A program made the position numbers and the translations under genes. Below, one piece after another: positions 1 to 9,972 of a stretch of 64,000 nt of DNA. The notes below the pieces were generated by a model. That model was not told where the DNA came from, made no database searches, and was given only the letters and a program-made list of their open reading frames with translations. The stretch spans positions 116,935 to 180,934 of the IMG/VR virus record IMGVR_UViG_3300008448_000004, one strand, 5' to 3'. How positions within the stretch are numbered: the stretch's first letter is position 1; every line of letters starts with the position of its first letter. The DNA is from a virus.

Positions 1-3000
1 TTAAATTTGAATCCAGGAGCTAAGATACCGTCCTTGATAAAGGTTAGTAGTAGATTAGCTAATGCTGATATTTGAACGCTTGTTAGAGATTGCCATAAGT
101 TATGTCCTCGATAAACCGGATAAGAGAGATGACACTCATCGTAAGGTATGGCTCGCTCGCCGCTATAATTTAATATTTGACCGCTAGAAGTACACAGCAA
201 GGCAGGACCGTAAGATTCCATTTCAATTCCTATACTATTAGCATTCATACTAGGAGATGCACCCCAAGTCGGATCACCGTAGTGGTTAGATTTCCATTTT
301 TTAAATCCTCTAAATCCAGCTATCTTTCCTGTTCGTCCGATAGTAAAATCAGCACTGGCAGGGTTTACATCTACGGATCTATTCCAGGTGTTTTGATAGT
401 GTGTTAGCGGATTGTCGTAACTCGATACCGTGTAGTGTATGGTTACATATTTAAAGATGCCGCTGGCATTACCTTTTGCTGCTCTGGTCCAAGTCTTTCC
501 ATCGGTAATAGATGCCATTTGGAAAGCAAAAGGTTGATTATTATAGTCTGATGCTTTTTCTTTACAGTTGAGTACGGCTTGAACTGGAACTCCTTGAGCA
601 GCTGTTCTTAGAGGAAAAGTTTTCTTTACATCAGCCCATTTCTTAACACCGATTTTTCCACGTTCTGCTGCGGGAACATACTTATTAATATCCTCCAGGG
701 TTGCAATTTTAAGAGCTTTGCCGGAACATTTAGCTGCTTTCTTTGTTGTACTGTAAGTCGGCGTACCTACTACTTCTTGCTTTTCAGGTGGTTTGTAAGC
801 TCCTTTCTTTATAGACTGGTTTAAGACAGATGCTGCTACCTTAACATTTTTAGGTAGATTAATCATAGATCCCTTTATGGTAGTATTCCATGCGTTATTA
901 GAAATATCATGTGTTATTCCGGATACAATAAATCCTACTTTAGGGAGTCCGTTAGTTTTGTACTTTGAAGGAAGTCTATCTCCTGGAATGCAAAATCCTT
1001 CATACAGCACCAGGTTACTTATTCCTGCCATAGTCAAGTTGATTGATATCGGCATAATACCGTTAGCACTTACTCCCATAGTCGCTCCTCCTGCTTCACC
1101 GGGGTTCGATTTAAGAAGAGTTGCAGCAGTAATGTAGTAGTTCTTAGCAGCGTCCAGATTTTGAATTTTAACCTCTCTAGGAGCTGCTAAGGAGTTAGCA
1201 GAGTAGAATCGAAACATAAACTCATTAAAGCTTTGAGCTTCTTGTAGCACTCCAGCATTATCTACCGGTTGAACCGGCCCTGATTTTTGCTCGGTTTTTT
1301 GACCGGCATCAGTAGTTTTATTTTTCATAAGTCTGTCTACTACACCGGCATTAAACTCGGCAAAAGTAGAACCGTCTTTATTAAGGGTTGATACCTGATT
1401 GCCGGGGTCCATTGCTGTGATTGCAAGCATAGATCCTAGCTTGGTGCTAAATTCAGTATTAAGGGAGAAGCTCTTAGCAACCGAAGGTAGTCCTGTAACA
1501 GGTATTCCTTGGTATATACTCGACTCTTTACCTTTTGGGTTTGCATCTAATATCTGGTCGTCGTATATTGTAAGAGTATTGCTGTCGTCGTCATATCCTA
1601 CTCTAAATTCATTAACATTACCTAAACTTTTTTGTACATCTGTTAGAATTTGCTCTAAAAAAGCTGCTAGAGTAACGTTAAAATTTCTATCACTATCTGT
1701 AAAATTTCTTATAACTCCTAGAAGGTAATCTACATTCAAATAGATCTCCATTATTCTTCCTTCGGTATCACTTGCTTTATACTTGCAGTTTTTTAAAAAA
1801 GAAGAACCGAAAGGACTTCCCGTTGGTGAAAAGAGCTCTGCTGTGTTTACAGCTGTATTAGGTACACTACCTGGGCTTACTTTGTTAATTGTGAAAAGCT
1901 TTCCGTAATCAGCATCTGATGCATCTAAGGGTACTATGCAGACTGTAGGATCGGCAGAAAACTGGTGATTAGTTCTATAACAGAGGTTATTGTTAGGATT
2001 AAAGTTTAAGTAGATTAAGGGTTTTTTCTGATTAGCGCTTTTGTTAAACTCGTAAATCATGGCCGAGTTATGTATGTAGGCTAATAGCAATCCTAGTTTG
2101 ATATAGCAGTAGAGAGATTGAGAGGTGGTTGCTTCATCTCCGGTATCTCCAGATACTGAACTGAAAGGTACTAGTAGAACGCTATCTAATCCAGCAAGAG
2201 CGTTTCCGCCTGTTGATTTTCCTGTTAGTAAATATTCAGGGTCGTTTCCGTTTTGAAAAGCACTCACTACCTCGGGTGCTGCTGTCGAACCACCAGACCA
2301 TAGTCCTAACCCTGGTGCAAAGTAAGTAGTCGCAATATCCGGAATTGTTGTCTCCACAGGGGTGGGGTCAGCAGCCGTTAACGTAGTTGTTGCGATAGGT
2401 TCAGAAAGAGATCCGGTAGATCCAAATCTTAGTTTCATATCTACTAAGAATCCTTCTAGAGCAGAAGCCGGTGCAGATCTACCATCTAATAAAGCTTGGT
2501 ATTGGGATACTGCATCAGCAGCCTCTCCGTTACCGGCTGAAGGAGCTCCTTCTCCGCCGCTATTTGATCCGGCGTTTGCACTTGCTAGTAGTTGTTTTCC
2601 AATTTTTGAATCAGGGAAAGAAGATATGTTATTTATCTTCAAAGAATCTGTAACGCTACCTATACCTGTTAATTTTAAAGTACAGTCGTAACTACCATCC
2701 GGACCAACACTCCAGTTGAAGTTAGTTACTGTTCCTAACATACCGTCGTAGTTGCCGTCTGTCTTTCTTCTAATCTGGTAAATCTTTCTTAGAAGATCTT
2801 CTTTAGAAAGGTCTTCATCTTTAAAGACGTCCACCGTGATTGAATCATCTGCTGTATCGAAAGTGTCATTGTTCTTAATGTATGAACTATGTCCCCACTC
2901 TAATAAACAGGTAAATCCGGTTCTAAAAAATAAAGCATCTATAACATCTAACTGAGCTAGGTTATTGACTCTAAATTTAACATCAGCTACTTTAAGAGAT

Positions 3001-3383
3001 CCTAGGGTACCTACTGTATTTATTGTTGCTGATGTGATGCCGGGCATAGGTCTGTATCCGAATTCATCTAAAGCTTTTACTCCTATGTTGTAGGAAGCAT
3101 CCCAAGATCTCAACCTAGATCCTCCACCAGCAGTCTCAATTGCTGTACCTCCAAACAGTACCCATTTTCTAGCAAGATTTACTCCACCTTCACCGAGACT
3201 TTTTACTAAGTCGCCACCAATAACGGATGCTAGAGAAGTAAGTTTGATCCAGCAGTTATTATCGGATATAAATTCTATGTTTTTATTATCCCTAGCTTCG
3301 GTCTTAACTAGTTGTCTACTTCTAGCAAAGATCTGCCCTATAGCTTCGTTATTTATCGGAGAACCTATTAAATTTTTTGCCAT
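1..3383 (-). CDS. Baseplate hub-like large tail protein with C-terminal N-acetylmuramoyl-L-alanine amidase (Amidase_2-like) domain; 3'-partial, absent from the ORF track
   Basis: ATG at 3383 (MAKNLIGSPINNEAIGQ...). Frame open at every stretch translated by hand, down to the window edge. N-terminal RPMPGITSATI...LKVADVKFRVNNLAQLDVIDALFFRTGFTCLLEWGHS is typical of large-myophage hub proteins. C-terminal KYVTIHYTVS...SADFTIGRTGKI...NHYGD...NANSIGIEME...LTSVQISALANLL is an amidase signature. Follows the LysM wedge gene. Confidence 0.75.
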   Translation of the reverse strand, partial: MAKNLIGSPINNEAIGQIFARSRQLVKTEARDNKNIEFISDNNCWIKLTSLASVIGGDLVKSLGEGGVNLARKWVLFGGTAIETAGGGSRLRSWDASYNIGVKALDEFGYRPMPGITSATINTVGTLGSLKVADVKFRVNNLAQLDVIDALFFRTGFTCLLEWGHSSYIKNNDTFDTADDSITVDVFKDEDLSKEDLLRKIYQIRRKTDGNYDGMLGTVTNFNWSVGPDGSYDCTLKLTGIGSVTDSLKINNISSFPDSKIGKQLLASANAGSNSGGEGAPSAGNGEAADAVSQYQALLDGRSAPASALEGFLVDMKLRFGSTGSLSEPIATTTLTAADPTPVETTIPDIATTYFAPGLGLWSGGSTAAPEVVSAFQNGNDPEYLLTGKSTGGNALAGLDSVLLVPFSSVSGDTGDEATTSQSLYCYIKLGLLLAYIHNSAMIYEFNKSANQKKPLIYLNFNPNNNLCYRTNHQFSADPTVCIVPLDASDADYGKLFTINKVSPGSVPNTAVNTAELFSPTGSPFGSSFLKNCKYKASDTEGRIMEIYLNVDYLLGVIRNFTDSDRNFNVTLAAFLEQILTDVQKSLGNVNEFRVGYDDDSNTLTIYDDQILDANPKGKESSIYQGIPVTGLPSVAKSFSLNTEFSTKLGSMLAITAMDPGNQVSTLNKDGSTFAEFNAGVVDRLMKNKTTDAGQKTEQKSGPVQPVDNAGVLQEAQSFNEFMFRFYSANSLAAPREVKIQNLDAAKNYYITAATLLKSNPGEAGGATMGVSANGIMPISINLTMAGISNLVLYEGFCIPGDRLPSKYKTNGLPKVGFIVSGITHDISNNAWNTTIKGSMINLPKNVKVAASVLNQSIKKGAYKPPEKQEVVGTPTYSTTKKAAKCSGKALKIATLEDINKYVPAAERGKIGVKKWADVKKTFPLRTAAQGVPVQAVLNCKEKASDYNNQPFAFQMASITDGKTWTRAAKGNASGIFKYVTIHYTVSSYDNPLTHYQNTWNRSVDVNPASADFTIGRTGKIAGFRGFKKWKSNHYGDPTWGASPSMNANSIGIEMESYGPALLCTSSGQILNYSGERAIPYDECHLSYPVYRGHNLWQSLTSVQISALANLLLTFIKDGILAPGFKF

Positions 3384-3384
3384 A

Positions 3385-3687
3385 CTACTTTACGTTAAGC
3401 CTATTGTACTGTCTTAAGATAGCACTTACATCAACGGGTACTCTGAGCTGTATTCCCGGTTCTGGGAATAGAGTATCACAAGGTAGGTTGTTTGCTGTAG
3501 GTATAATCCACCATAGTGTCTTATCTCCGTAGTAGTTATGTGCTAGGAGATCGTACCTATCTTGTTGAGTTGATATAAGGTAAATATCGTTATTTGTTGG
3601 CGCAATATGCGGGTAGTAATTGGTTGTATAGAGCCTCTTACCTGAATCGCTTTTTACTACTTCTATATCTTGGTATCTGCGGTTCAT
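3385..3687 (-). CDS. LysM-like baseplate wedge protein (T4 gp53 / P2 gpX-like)
   Basis: DRYDLLAHNYYGDKTLWWIIPTANNL...PGIQLRVP motif; lies between the tube-initiator and hub genes. Confidence 0.8.
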   Translation of the reverse strand: MNRRYQDIEVVKSDSGKRLYTTNYYPHIAPTNNDIYLISTQQDRYDLLAHNYYGDKTLWWIIPTANNLPCDTLFPEPGIQLRVPVDVSAILRQYNRLNVK

Positions 3688-3691
3688 ACTT

Positions 3692-6406
3692 TTACGCTTT
3701 TAACTGTTGTTGGAAAGAAAGAGGTGTTATATTAGTAGCACTTGTACTACGGCGAGGTAAGAAGTCATGTATAGGCGTAAACTGACAGCTAACATCTACT
3801 AGCTGAGGAGCTTCAAACATATCACCGTCTAGGTTAATTTCCCAAGGGTAACTGTCTGCAACTGTTATATTCATACTAGTAAGAAATCCGGGTTGTTTAT
3901 AAATATAATCACCTAGAGTCAATTTAACAACTGGGCTTCTCATAAATCCGCTAGATTGGTAATCTGGATATAGTTGTGATTGTAGGAAGTTCAACTTCTG
4001 ATACATGGGTTTAAGTTCTTGCTTTGATTCTGCTGCAAGCTTAAAATTAAAAGAAAGAGTTCTTGAAAATCCATTGTATACGTAAAAGTTCTCACCTCTA
4101 CCTACATATCTAAACGGTGATAATTCTGCAGTATTATTATCAGAGAAAGAAGTTAAATAGGCTCTAAAGAGGACAGGTATAACAGCTCCACTGTACATTA
4201 AGGCTTCAAATCTAAACTTAATAAGATCTGCAATAGATTTTTCCGGGTCATAGTCTTGCCCGACTGGTGCTGCTGTTACTTTATCAGATCGGCCAGGTCC
4301 TGCAATACCGATTCTACTCTGAAGATTGTTAGTAGTGTAATCTACAAGCTTGTAGCCTATTTTATCTGGAGAGAAAGAACCTGCTCCACCTGCTGCTCCT
4401 TCTATCGTACTTCTAAAATCAGTTAAGTTAGCATCAGTCCATTTTTTTCCAGATGCACCTAATACCGATTGTTTGTAGAGTAAGCTATAGTTAAAAGTTT
4501 TAGCCCCGTTATTAGAGTTGTTTGGGTCGCCTGGGTTAGCACTAGAGTTAAGGGTATCGGTTTTATCTCCAGTATTTGTTTCTCTTTTTAGAATTACTTT
4601 ATCACTAGGGCCGATTGGGTACTCATATATAACATTTGGATTAGAAGGATTAGTAGTTACCTTATCGTTTCCTTTTATAATTTGCTTATCGGAAAAATCA
4701 GCAGACTTGCCGATTAGTTTTCCTGCTAACACTGCTAACCTACTCTCGTTATTAACGTCTACGGTATTGTTTGTTAAAGTTTGACCGTAAGGAACAGATC
4801 CGAAAAGACCTGCTTTAGCAACTGTTACAGTTTTGTCGACATACGCTGTTGTCTGTAAAAGTTCTTTTAATGTTTTATAGGTTCCGTTTTGATACAAAGG
4901 TATCGGCGGGTTTACGTCGTATAGCGGACTTGTATCAAAATCTGGATTTCTTTTTATAATGGTTTGGCCAATACCTCTCTTTGCTCCTGGACCTCCTTCA
5001 TACTTTAGTAAGGTAAATCGATCTTCTGGAATAAAAAGGTTCTTATTAGCAGTTGTGGTTTGCTTAGTAAATATTTTAGCTTTTAAAAGAGCTACAAGTC
5101 TATTGTCTGTATCAGGTTTTGCTTTATTAGAAGTCTGAGTATATTTTACGTAGCCAGGAGCGTTAGCTTGTAGATCTTCTGGTTTGGTAATAAGAATATC
5201 CTGCAGTGTTGCATTTACTCCTTGAGCATTTGCGTAGAGAGATGTTGCAGGATTGGCTTTATATAGATCAGAGTTATCTTGGTATCTCTGTATAGTAGTT
5301 GTTCCGAGACCTCTTTCAGAATTAGGGCCTCCCGGATACTGTATTAAGGTTGTTCTATCTTGAGGAATGTACAGGTTCTTATTTGTTGTTGTTTCTGCAC
5401 TATACATCTTAGAGCGGAGTAAAGCTACTAATCTGTTATCGGTATTAGGTCTTTCTAGATTCGACTGTTCTGTGTATTTGAGATAACCTGCTTTAGTTGA
5501 CTTTAATCCTTCTTTTGTAAGTACGTATATATCCGCCAAAGTAGTAGTCTCTCCTTCTTGATTCTTATAAAGAGAAGAAGCAGGATTTGTTCTCAGCAAA
5601 TCTGAGTTATCAGCATATCTAGGGATGGTTGTTAATCCTATACCGTATACTGATCCAGGTCCGCCTGGGTATGAGAATAGTAGATTCTTGTTTGTTCTTG
5701 AAATACCTAGTCGCTGTAAATTTTCTAGATTAGAAGTACTAGATGTATCTGTTGCTCGAGTTGCTGGTAGTATTTTGGTATTTAAGAGAGTTACAAGTCT
5801 GTTATCTGCTCCTTGATTTGCTAAATTATAACTCTGTACGACTCTTTCGTAGGTTTGGGAAAAAGGGTTATAGGGCACAGTTCCATGTCTGTCTGCATGT
5901 ATACCGCTACCTGCTAATCTTACTTGAGCTAAAGTGTTTAATCCACCGTTGTATACTCTTGTGTTTTCTATTAATCCAAAAAATCTAGCTGTTGTATTTC
6001 TTCCCGGGTTTAGGTTAGCTTGAGAGCCAACTTCCATTTTAGGATTAGTTAACTGTAATCCTATTTGCTTTGCTACAAAGGTATATCCTTTTGGAGAGGA
6101 TTTTATAAATTTTTGAATCCTCTTAAAATCATATTCTGCAGCAGAAGGTACAATAAGTCCGTTACCGAGTCTTGTTAAACTACTACCTCTAACCGGGAAG
6201 TCTAAAGATGCTAAATTACCTGTATAGTATTGTCTAGTCTTTCCGTCTGCGTTTTCAGGGAAAGGCCATTGTATATACGGCTCATCACTACTTGCTCCAA
6301 ATTGCTGGTCTCTTCCGTATTTTAAGCTCTTCTGTATAAAGTTACCGGTTCCTCCGTAGTAGTAGGGGAAGTTAGCGAGGTTATTTAATAAGTCGACTAA
6401 TGGCAT
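3692..6406 (-). CDS. Tail tube initiator / baseplate protein (gp48/gp54/CIS-tube-like C-terminal domain) with four internal ~115-aa repeats
   Basis: C-terminal FRAYLTSFSDN...YVGRGENFYVYNGFSRTLSFNFKLAAES...MYQKLNFL...PVVKLTLGD...PGFLTSMNIT...PWEI motif; directly downstream of tape measure. Confidence 0.7.
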   Translation of the reverse strand: MPLVDLLNNLANFPYYYGGTGNFIQKSLKYGRDQQFGASSDEPYIQWPFPENADGKTRQYYTGNLASLDFPVRGSSLTRLGNGLIVPSAAEYDFKRIQKFIKSSPKGYTFVAKQIGLQLTNPKMEVGSQANLNPGRNTTARFFGLIENTRVYNGGLNTLAQVRLAGSGIHADRHGTVPYNPFSQTYERVVQSYNLANQGADNRLVTLLNTKILPATRATDTSSTSNLENLQRLGISRTNKNLLFSYPGGPGSVYGIGLTTIPRYADNSDLLRTNPASSLYKNQEGETTTLADIYVLTKEGLKSTKAGYLKYTEQSNLERPNTDNRLVALLRSKMYSAETTTNKNLYIPQDRTTLIQYPGGPNSERGLGTTTIQRYQDNSDLYKANPATSLYANAQGVNATLQDILITKPEDLQANAPGYVKYTQTSNKAKPDTDNRLVALLKAKIFTKQTTTANKNLFIPEDRFTLLKYEGGPGAKRGIGQTIIKRNPDFDTSPLYDVNPPIPLYQNGTYKTLKELLQTTAYVDKTVTVAKAGLFGSVPYGQTLTNNTVDVNNESRLAVLAGKLIGKSADFSDKQIIKGNDKVTTNPSNPNVIYEYPIGPSDKVILKRETNTGDKTDTLNSSANPGDPNNSNNGAKTFNYSLLYKQSVLGASGKKWTDANLTDFRSTIEGAAGGAGSFSPDKIGYKLVDYTTNNLQSRIGIAGPGRSDKVTAAPVGQDYDPEKSIADLIKFRFEALMYSGAVIPVLFRAYLTSFSDNNTAELSPFRYVGRGENFYVYNGFSRTLSFNFKLAAESKQELKPMYQKLNFLQSQLYPDYQSSGFMRSPVVKLTLGDYIYKQPGFLTSMNITVADSYPWEINLDGDMFEAPQLVDVSCQFTPIHDFLPRRSTSATNITPLSFQQQLKA

Positions 6407-6413
6407 TTTAATA

Positions 6414-9400
6414 TTATCTTATACGTGAGTTAGAATTTAAAACATTGCCGTAACTTGTAACGGTTGCTTTAGAAGTTGCATAGGCTAGTTTATCTGCATC
6501 CACTGTAAGTTGTTTATCTCTAATTGCAGTTAAAATAGCTGTATGCTCTTTTAGAACTTTAACCATTTCAACAATAGTATCGCGAGTATCTTTTCCTAAG
6601 AATACTTCTCCTTGGTCTACTTTTGCTACACCTGTAGTAGTTACTACGCCTCCGGTTGCTAATTTAGGTTCCTGAAGAGGAGTAGCTTCCTTGGATGGAC
6701 CGGTTTTTCCTGCAGCTTTTAATTCATCTCCGTACATACCCAGTACAGCATCACCGATAGGTTTTGCTCCTACAAAGTCTGCAACCAATCCTCCTAGCCA
6801 CCTACCAGCAACATCTCCTGCCATTGCACCTAAGATAGTACCTACGCCTGGGATAGGTATGAGAGATCCTAAAGCGCCTCCTCCGATTGAGCCTAACACA
6901 CCTCCTAATCCTTGCATCACTCTCGCACCGACTGCTTGTGATAGTTCAGGCCCTTTTTTATCACCTGCTATCATCTCCTTAATGTCGTTATTTGCAAATA
7001 CACCTTCTATTAAGGTGCTAACAATAGGTATCTTAACTAATTTTTTTAAGAAACCTCCTATATTTGTTTTTAACCATCCTCCTATAGCCCCTTTAGGGTT
7101 AGCTACAGCAGAAGCTGTTGATTTTATACTGCTCCATATTCTACTAAAGAATCCACCTCCGCCGGTTTTAGCAACATTAGAGGCAGCGGCAGCTGTTGTC
7201 TGAGTTGCGGGTGCAGCTGCTTTAGCTTGTTTTAGAGCTTCTGCAGATGTCATACCGGGGTTAGCTGCTTTTATTTGAGCGGCTGTTTTAACATTCGCTG
7301 ATACCGGTTTAGCACCGGGGGTGGTTGCTGCTGCAGGTGCACTAGCTGTAGCGCCTGCGCTTGCTCCGCCACCTGCGGCTCCACTCATAGCATCTGCTAC
7401 ACCTCCGTATCCTAAAGCTCCTAACAGTGGTGCAGCCTTTCCACCTATCTTTCCTAAAAACTTACCAGTACCGGCAAGGAATCTACCGAACTTGCCCATT
7501 TTAGCAAGCTTTCTTCCCATCTTAAACTTACTACCGGGTTTAGAGCCGCCTAGCATATCTGCTACACCTCCTTCACCTTCACCTCCTCCTGCTCCTGCAC
7601 CACCAGCACCCAGATTAGTTACTTCACTAAAAGTTGGATTACTGCGAGATGAACCTCTGGTAAAGTATTTTGCAATACCTGATAATCCTTTTAACCCTAT
7701 TATGATTGCTCCTATTGAAGCAAACTTCTTAAGCACGTCTCCCAGGATTGGAATATCTCCAATCTTACCTATAAACTGTCCTACACCTTTTACTGCTAAT
7801 ACTATACCTCTAGTTATATCTGATACAAATTTAAAACCGTCTGCTAAAAGTTCTACAAATTGTCCCATCGGCCCTTCTACTATGGAGGCTATAACATCTT
7901 TCATTTTTTCCATAGCTTCGGCAAACCTGGTCTGAGTGTCAACTTGCATTTTTGATACCTCAAAGCTCTTACCTTGGGCGATACCTTGTTCTATTTGATC
8001 CGCTAATTGACCTTTTCCTTCTGCTCTTAGTTTCTTTATCTCATCTTTTTGTGCAGCACTTAACTTATTTAACTGAGCTTGTTTCTGTAACGAATTGGCT
8101 AACTCATCAGCAGACATGCCCATTGACTCAGCAATTGCCTGTTGTTGAATCCTATTTAATTTTTGGAAGTTGTTAATACCGCCGACTTGCTTTAACATCT
8201 CTTCAGCCGCTTCTGCTGTTTTTCCTTCAAGAGCTAAACTTCTAGCTCTACTTAACTCTAAATCACGGCCTGTTAAAACTTCTGCTTCCATTTCTGCTGC
8301 AATAGAACTCTCAAAGTCTAACAGCTTATCTGTCATATTCTTTGTTTGTTCTAGAGTTAGTCCTAGCTTTTGAGCCTGTACTACAGCTTTTGCAATTAGA
8401 GCAGGATCGTTTTTATAGAATGCAGCTAATTGCCCTTCTGTCTTAAGTACTTCTGCAAGTACTTTTTTATTGCTAAATAATCCTTTGTTTTGTTTTCCAA
8501 CATTTTTTACAAGATCTTCCTGAGTAGTGTTGTACTGCATTGCGTACATCGAAAGCTTAGAAGCTTCTTCCCCGCTAAGTCCTAAGTTTCTTGTAAGTAG
8601 TATTTGTCCTTCTGTTAACTTCTCTCCAAAGATGGCTGATGTACCAAAAGCTTCGTTAAGCTGTTGTTGAGCGGCAAGGGTATTCTTTTTAGTCATATAC
8701 TCCTTACCGCTATGTACTGCCATTTCTTCAGCATAGTGGTAGAGGTCTTTTGCTGCATCAGCAGATAAACCATACTGTTTACCGATATCGGCTACCTCTT
8801 TGTTGAACTCCATACCTAGATGGACTAGCTTAGTTACAAGACCGACAGCTAGTCCCATAAGTACCAGAGGATCTTTAAGGGCTGAACCAATACCTTTAAA
8901 CACACCTTTAAGCCCTGCCATTGCAGTGCTCCATATGTTACCATGCTCAGCAGCATGTTCCATACTCTCTTCTATATCCTCAAAATATTTTGTATCGATA
9001 CCAAACTTACCTAGAGCACCAGTTATACCGTGTATTAACTTTCCGGTTAATCCTAACTTCTTTTGAATTTCTTCTTCATGCTTTAAACGAGTCTGGCTAA
9101 GCTTTACCAGGTCATTTAAGTAGTTACCTTCTTCTTGCTTTAATTTTCCGTTCTCATCTAGAATTCCGTTAATCTCTATAAGCTGTGCTTTCTCCTGTTC
9201 TGTAAGTGCTCTAGATTTTGCTAGTTCTTGTAATTCTTTTCTCGTCGAACTTAAAACCGATGTCTGTATTTTTATTTTTTCTTGAAGGGATAATATATCT
9301 TTTCTGTTAAGTTTAGATATACCTTCTTGGTCGTATTTAAACTTATCGGCTATTCCTCCTAACGCTCTAAAAGATTTAGTTATCTCTTTACTCGCAGTGT

Positions 9401-9668
9401 CAACTCCGGTTATATCTTTAACTACATTCTTAAAGGTATCGCTTACTTCTGAAAATCCTCTTTTCATCCTATCTACTCTATCTTCTAAACCGGCTAGCGT
9501 TTGGTCTAGAGCAGTAGTATCTCGTTTAAGAGCGTCTAAAGTTACGCTTTTAAACTCTATATTAAGTTCACGAGCTAACTCTTTTAACCTTAAAATCTTA
9601 GCTTCTATTTGAGCTAATGATTCAGGGCTGGGAGTTTGATCGCCTGTAGGATTTGTTGCATCTACCAT
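6414..9668 (-). CDS. Tail tape measure protein
   Basis: 1084 aa, helical/coiled-coil, Ala/Gly/Lys-rich with GxxxG segments; core LLDFESSIAAEMEAEVLTGRDLELSRARSLAL; follows tube and chaperone genes. Confidence 0.85.
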   Translation of the reverse strand: MVDATNPTGDQTPSPESLAQIEAKILRLKELARELNIEFKSVTLDALKRDTTALDQTLAGLEDRVDRMKRGFSEVSDTFKNVVKDITGVDTASKEITKSFRALGGIADKFKYDQEGISKLNRKDILSLQEKIKIQTSVLSSTRKELQELAKSRALTEQEKAQLIEINGILDENGKLKQEEGNYLNDLVKLSQTRLKHEEEIQKKLGLTGKLIHGITGALGKFGIDTKYFEDIEESMEHAAEHGNIWSTAMAGLKGVFKGIGSALKDPLVLMGLAVGLVTKLVHLGMEFNKEVADIGKQYGLSADAAKDLYHYAEEMAVHSGKEYMTKKNTLAAQQQLNEAFGTSAIFGEKLTEGQILLTRNLGLSGEEASKLSMYAMQYNTTQEDLVKNVGKQNKGLFSNKKVLAEVLKTEGQLAAFYKNDPALIAKAVVQAQKLGLTLEQTKNMTDKLLDFESSIAAEMEAEVLTGRDLELSRARSLALEGKTAEAAEEMLKQVGGINNFQKLNRIQQQAIAESMGMSADELANSLQKQAQLNKLSAAQKDEIKKLRAEGKGQLADQIEQGIAQGKSFEVSKMQVDTQTRFAEAMEKMKDVIASIVEGPMGQFVELLADGFKFVSDITRGIVLAVKGVGQFIGKIGDIPILGDVLKKFASIGAIIIGLKGLSGIAKYFTRGSSRSNPTFSEVTNLGAGGAGAGGGEGEGGVADMLGGSKPGSKFKMGRKLAKMGKFGRFLAGTGKFLGKIGGKAAPLLGALGYGGVADAMSGAAGGGASAGATASAPAAATTPGAKPVSANVKTAAQIKAANPGMTSAEALKQAKAAAPATQTTAAAASNVAKTGGGGFFSRIWSSIKSTASAVANPKGAIGGWLKTNIGGFLKKLVKIPIVSTLIEGVFANNDIKEMIAGDKKGPELSQAVGARVMQGLGGVLGSIGGGALGSLIPIPGVGTILGAMAGDVAGRWLGGLVADFVGAKPIGDAVLGMYGDELKAAGKTGPSKEATPLQEPKLATGGVVTTTGVAKVDQGEVFLGKDTRDTIVEMVKVLKEHTAILTAIRDKQLTVDADKLAYATSKATVTSYGNVLNSNSRIR

Positions 9669-9685
9669 AGTATCTCTAAATATAT

Positions 9686-9693
9686 TATAAATA
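9686..9693 (-). promoter_or_regulatory. Late-type motif TATTTATA (sense strand) before tape measure
   Basis: 17 nt upstream of ATG; recurring motif. Confidence 0.55.
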
Positions 9694-9701
9694 GGGAGTA
9701 C

Positions 9702-9972
9702 CTACTTTTTTGGAGCAGGTACTTTATAGGTAGGTTGTTTCTGAGCTATGTTTGGTTTGTAAATCTCTCTCTTATTATTAGTTGCGTCGTTTAGATCTTC
9801 TTCTCCTTTTTGCTTCTCGTACCAGTCTTTCATTTCATTAAAAGTGTATTTGCGAAGCCAAGTAGGCATTTCATATATATCTAACCAACTGTAACCTCCT
9901 TGTCCGTGAAATACTATTTCATGTATTTCTTTGAAAAGGTAGAGTCTATGCTCAGGACTTAGGCCAAAAAAA
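9702..9972 (-). CDS. Frameshift extension of the tail assembly chaperone (G-T / gp51-like), entered by a +1 or -2 shift at a T7 run
   Basis: Minus strand GAA TTT TTT T GG CCT AAG TCC TGA. The +1 frame reads GLSPEHRLYLFKEIHEIVFHGQGGYSWLDIYEMPTWLRKYTFNEMKDWYEKQK...VPAPKK* (TAG at 9702-9704). No ATG until 9869. Confidence 0.7.

Noticed and set aside
9697-9723. Hairpin AGTACCT/AGGTACT as a terminator
   Set aside because: 13-nt loop, no following U-tract, and it overlaps coding sequence.
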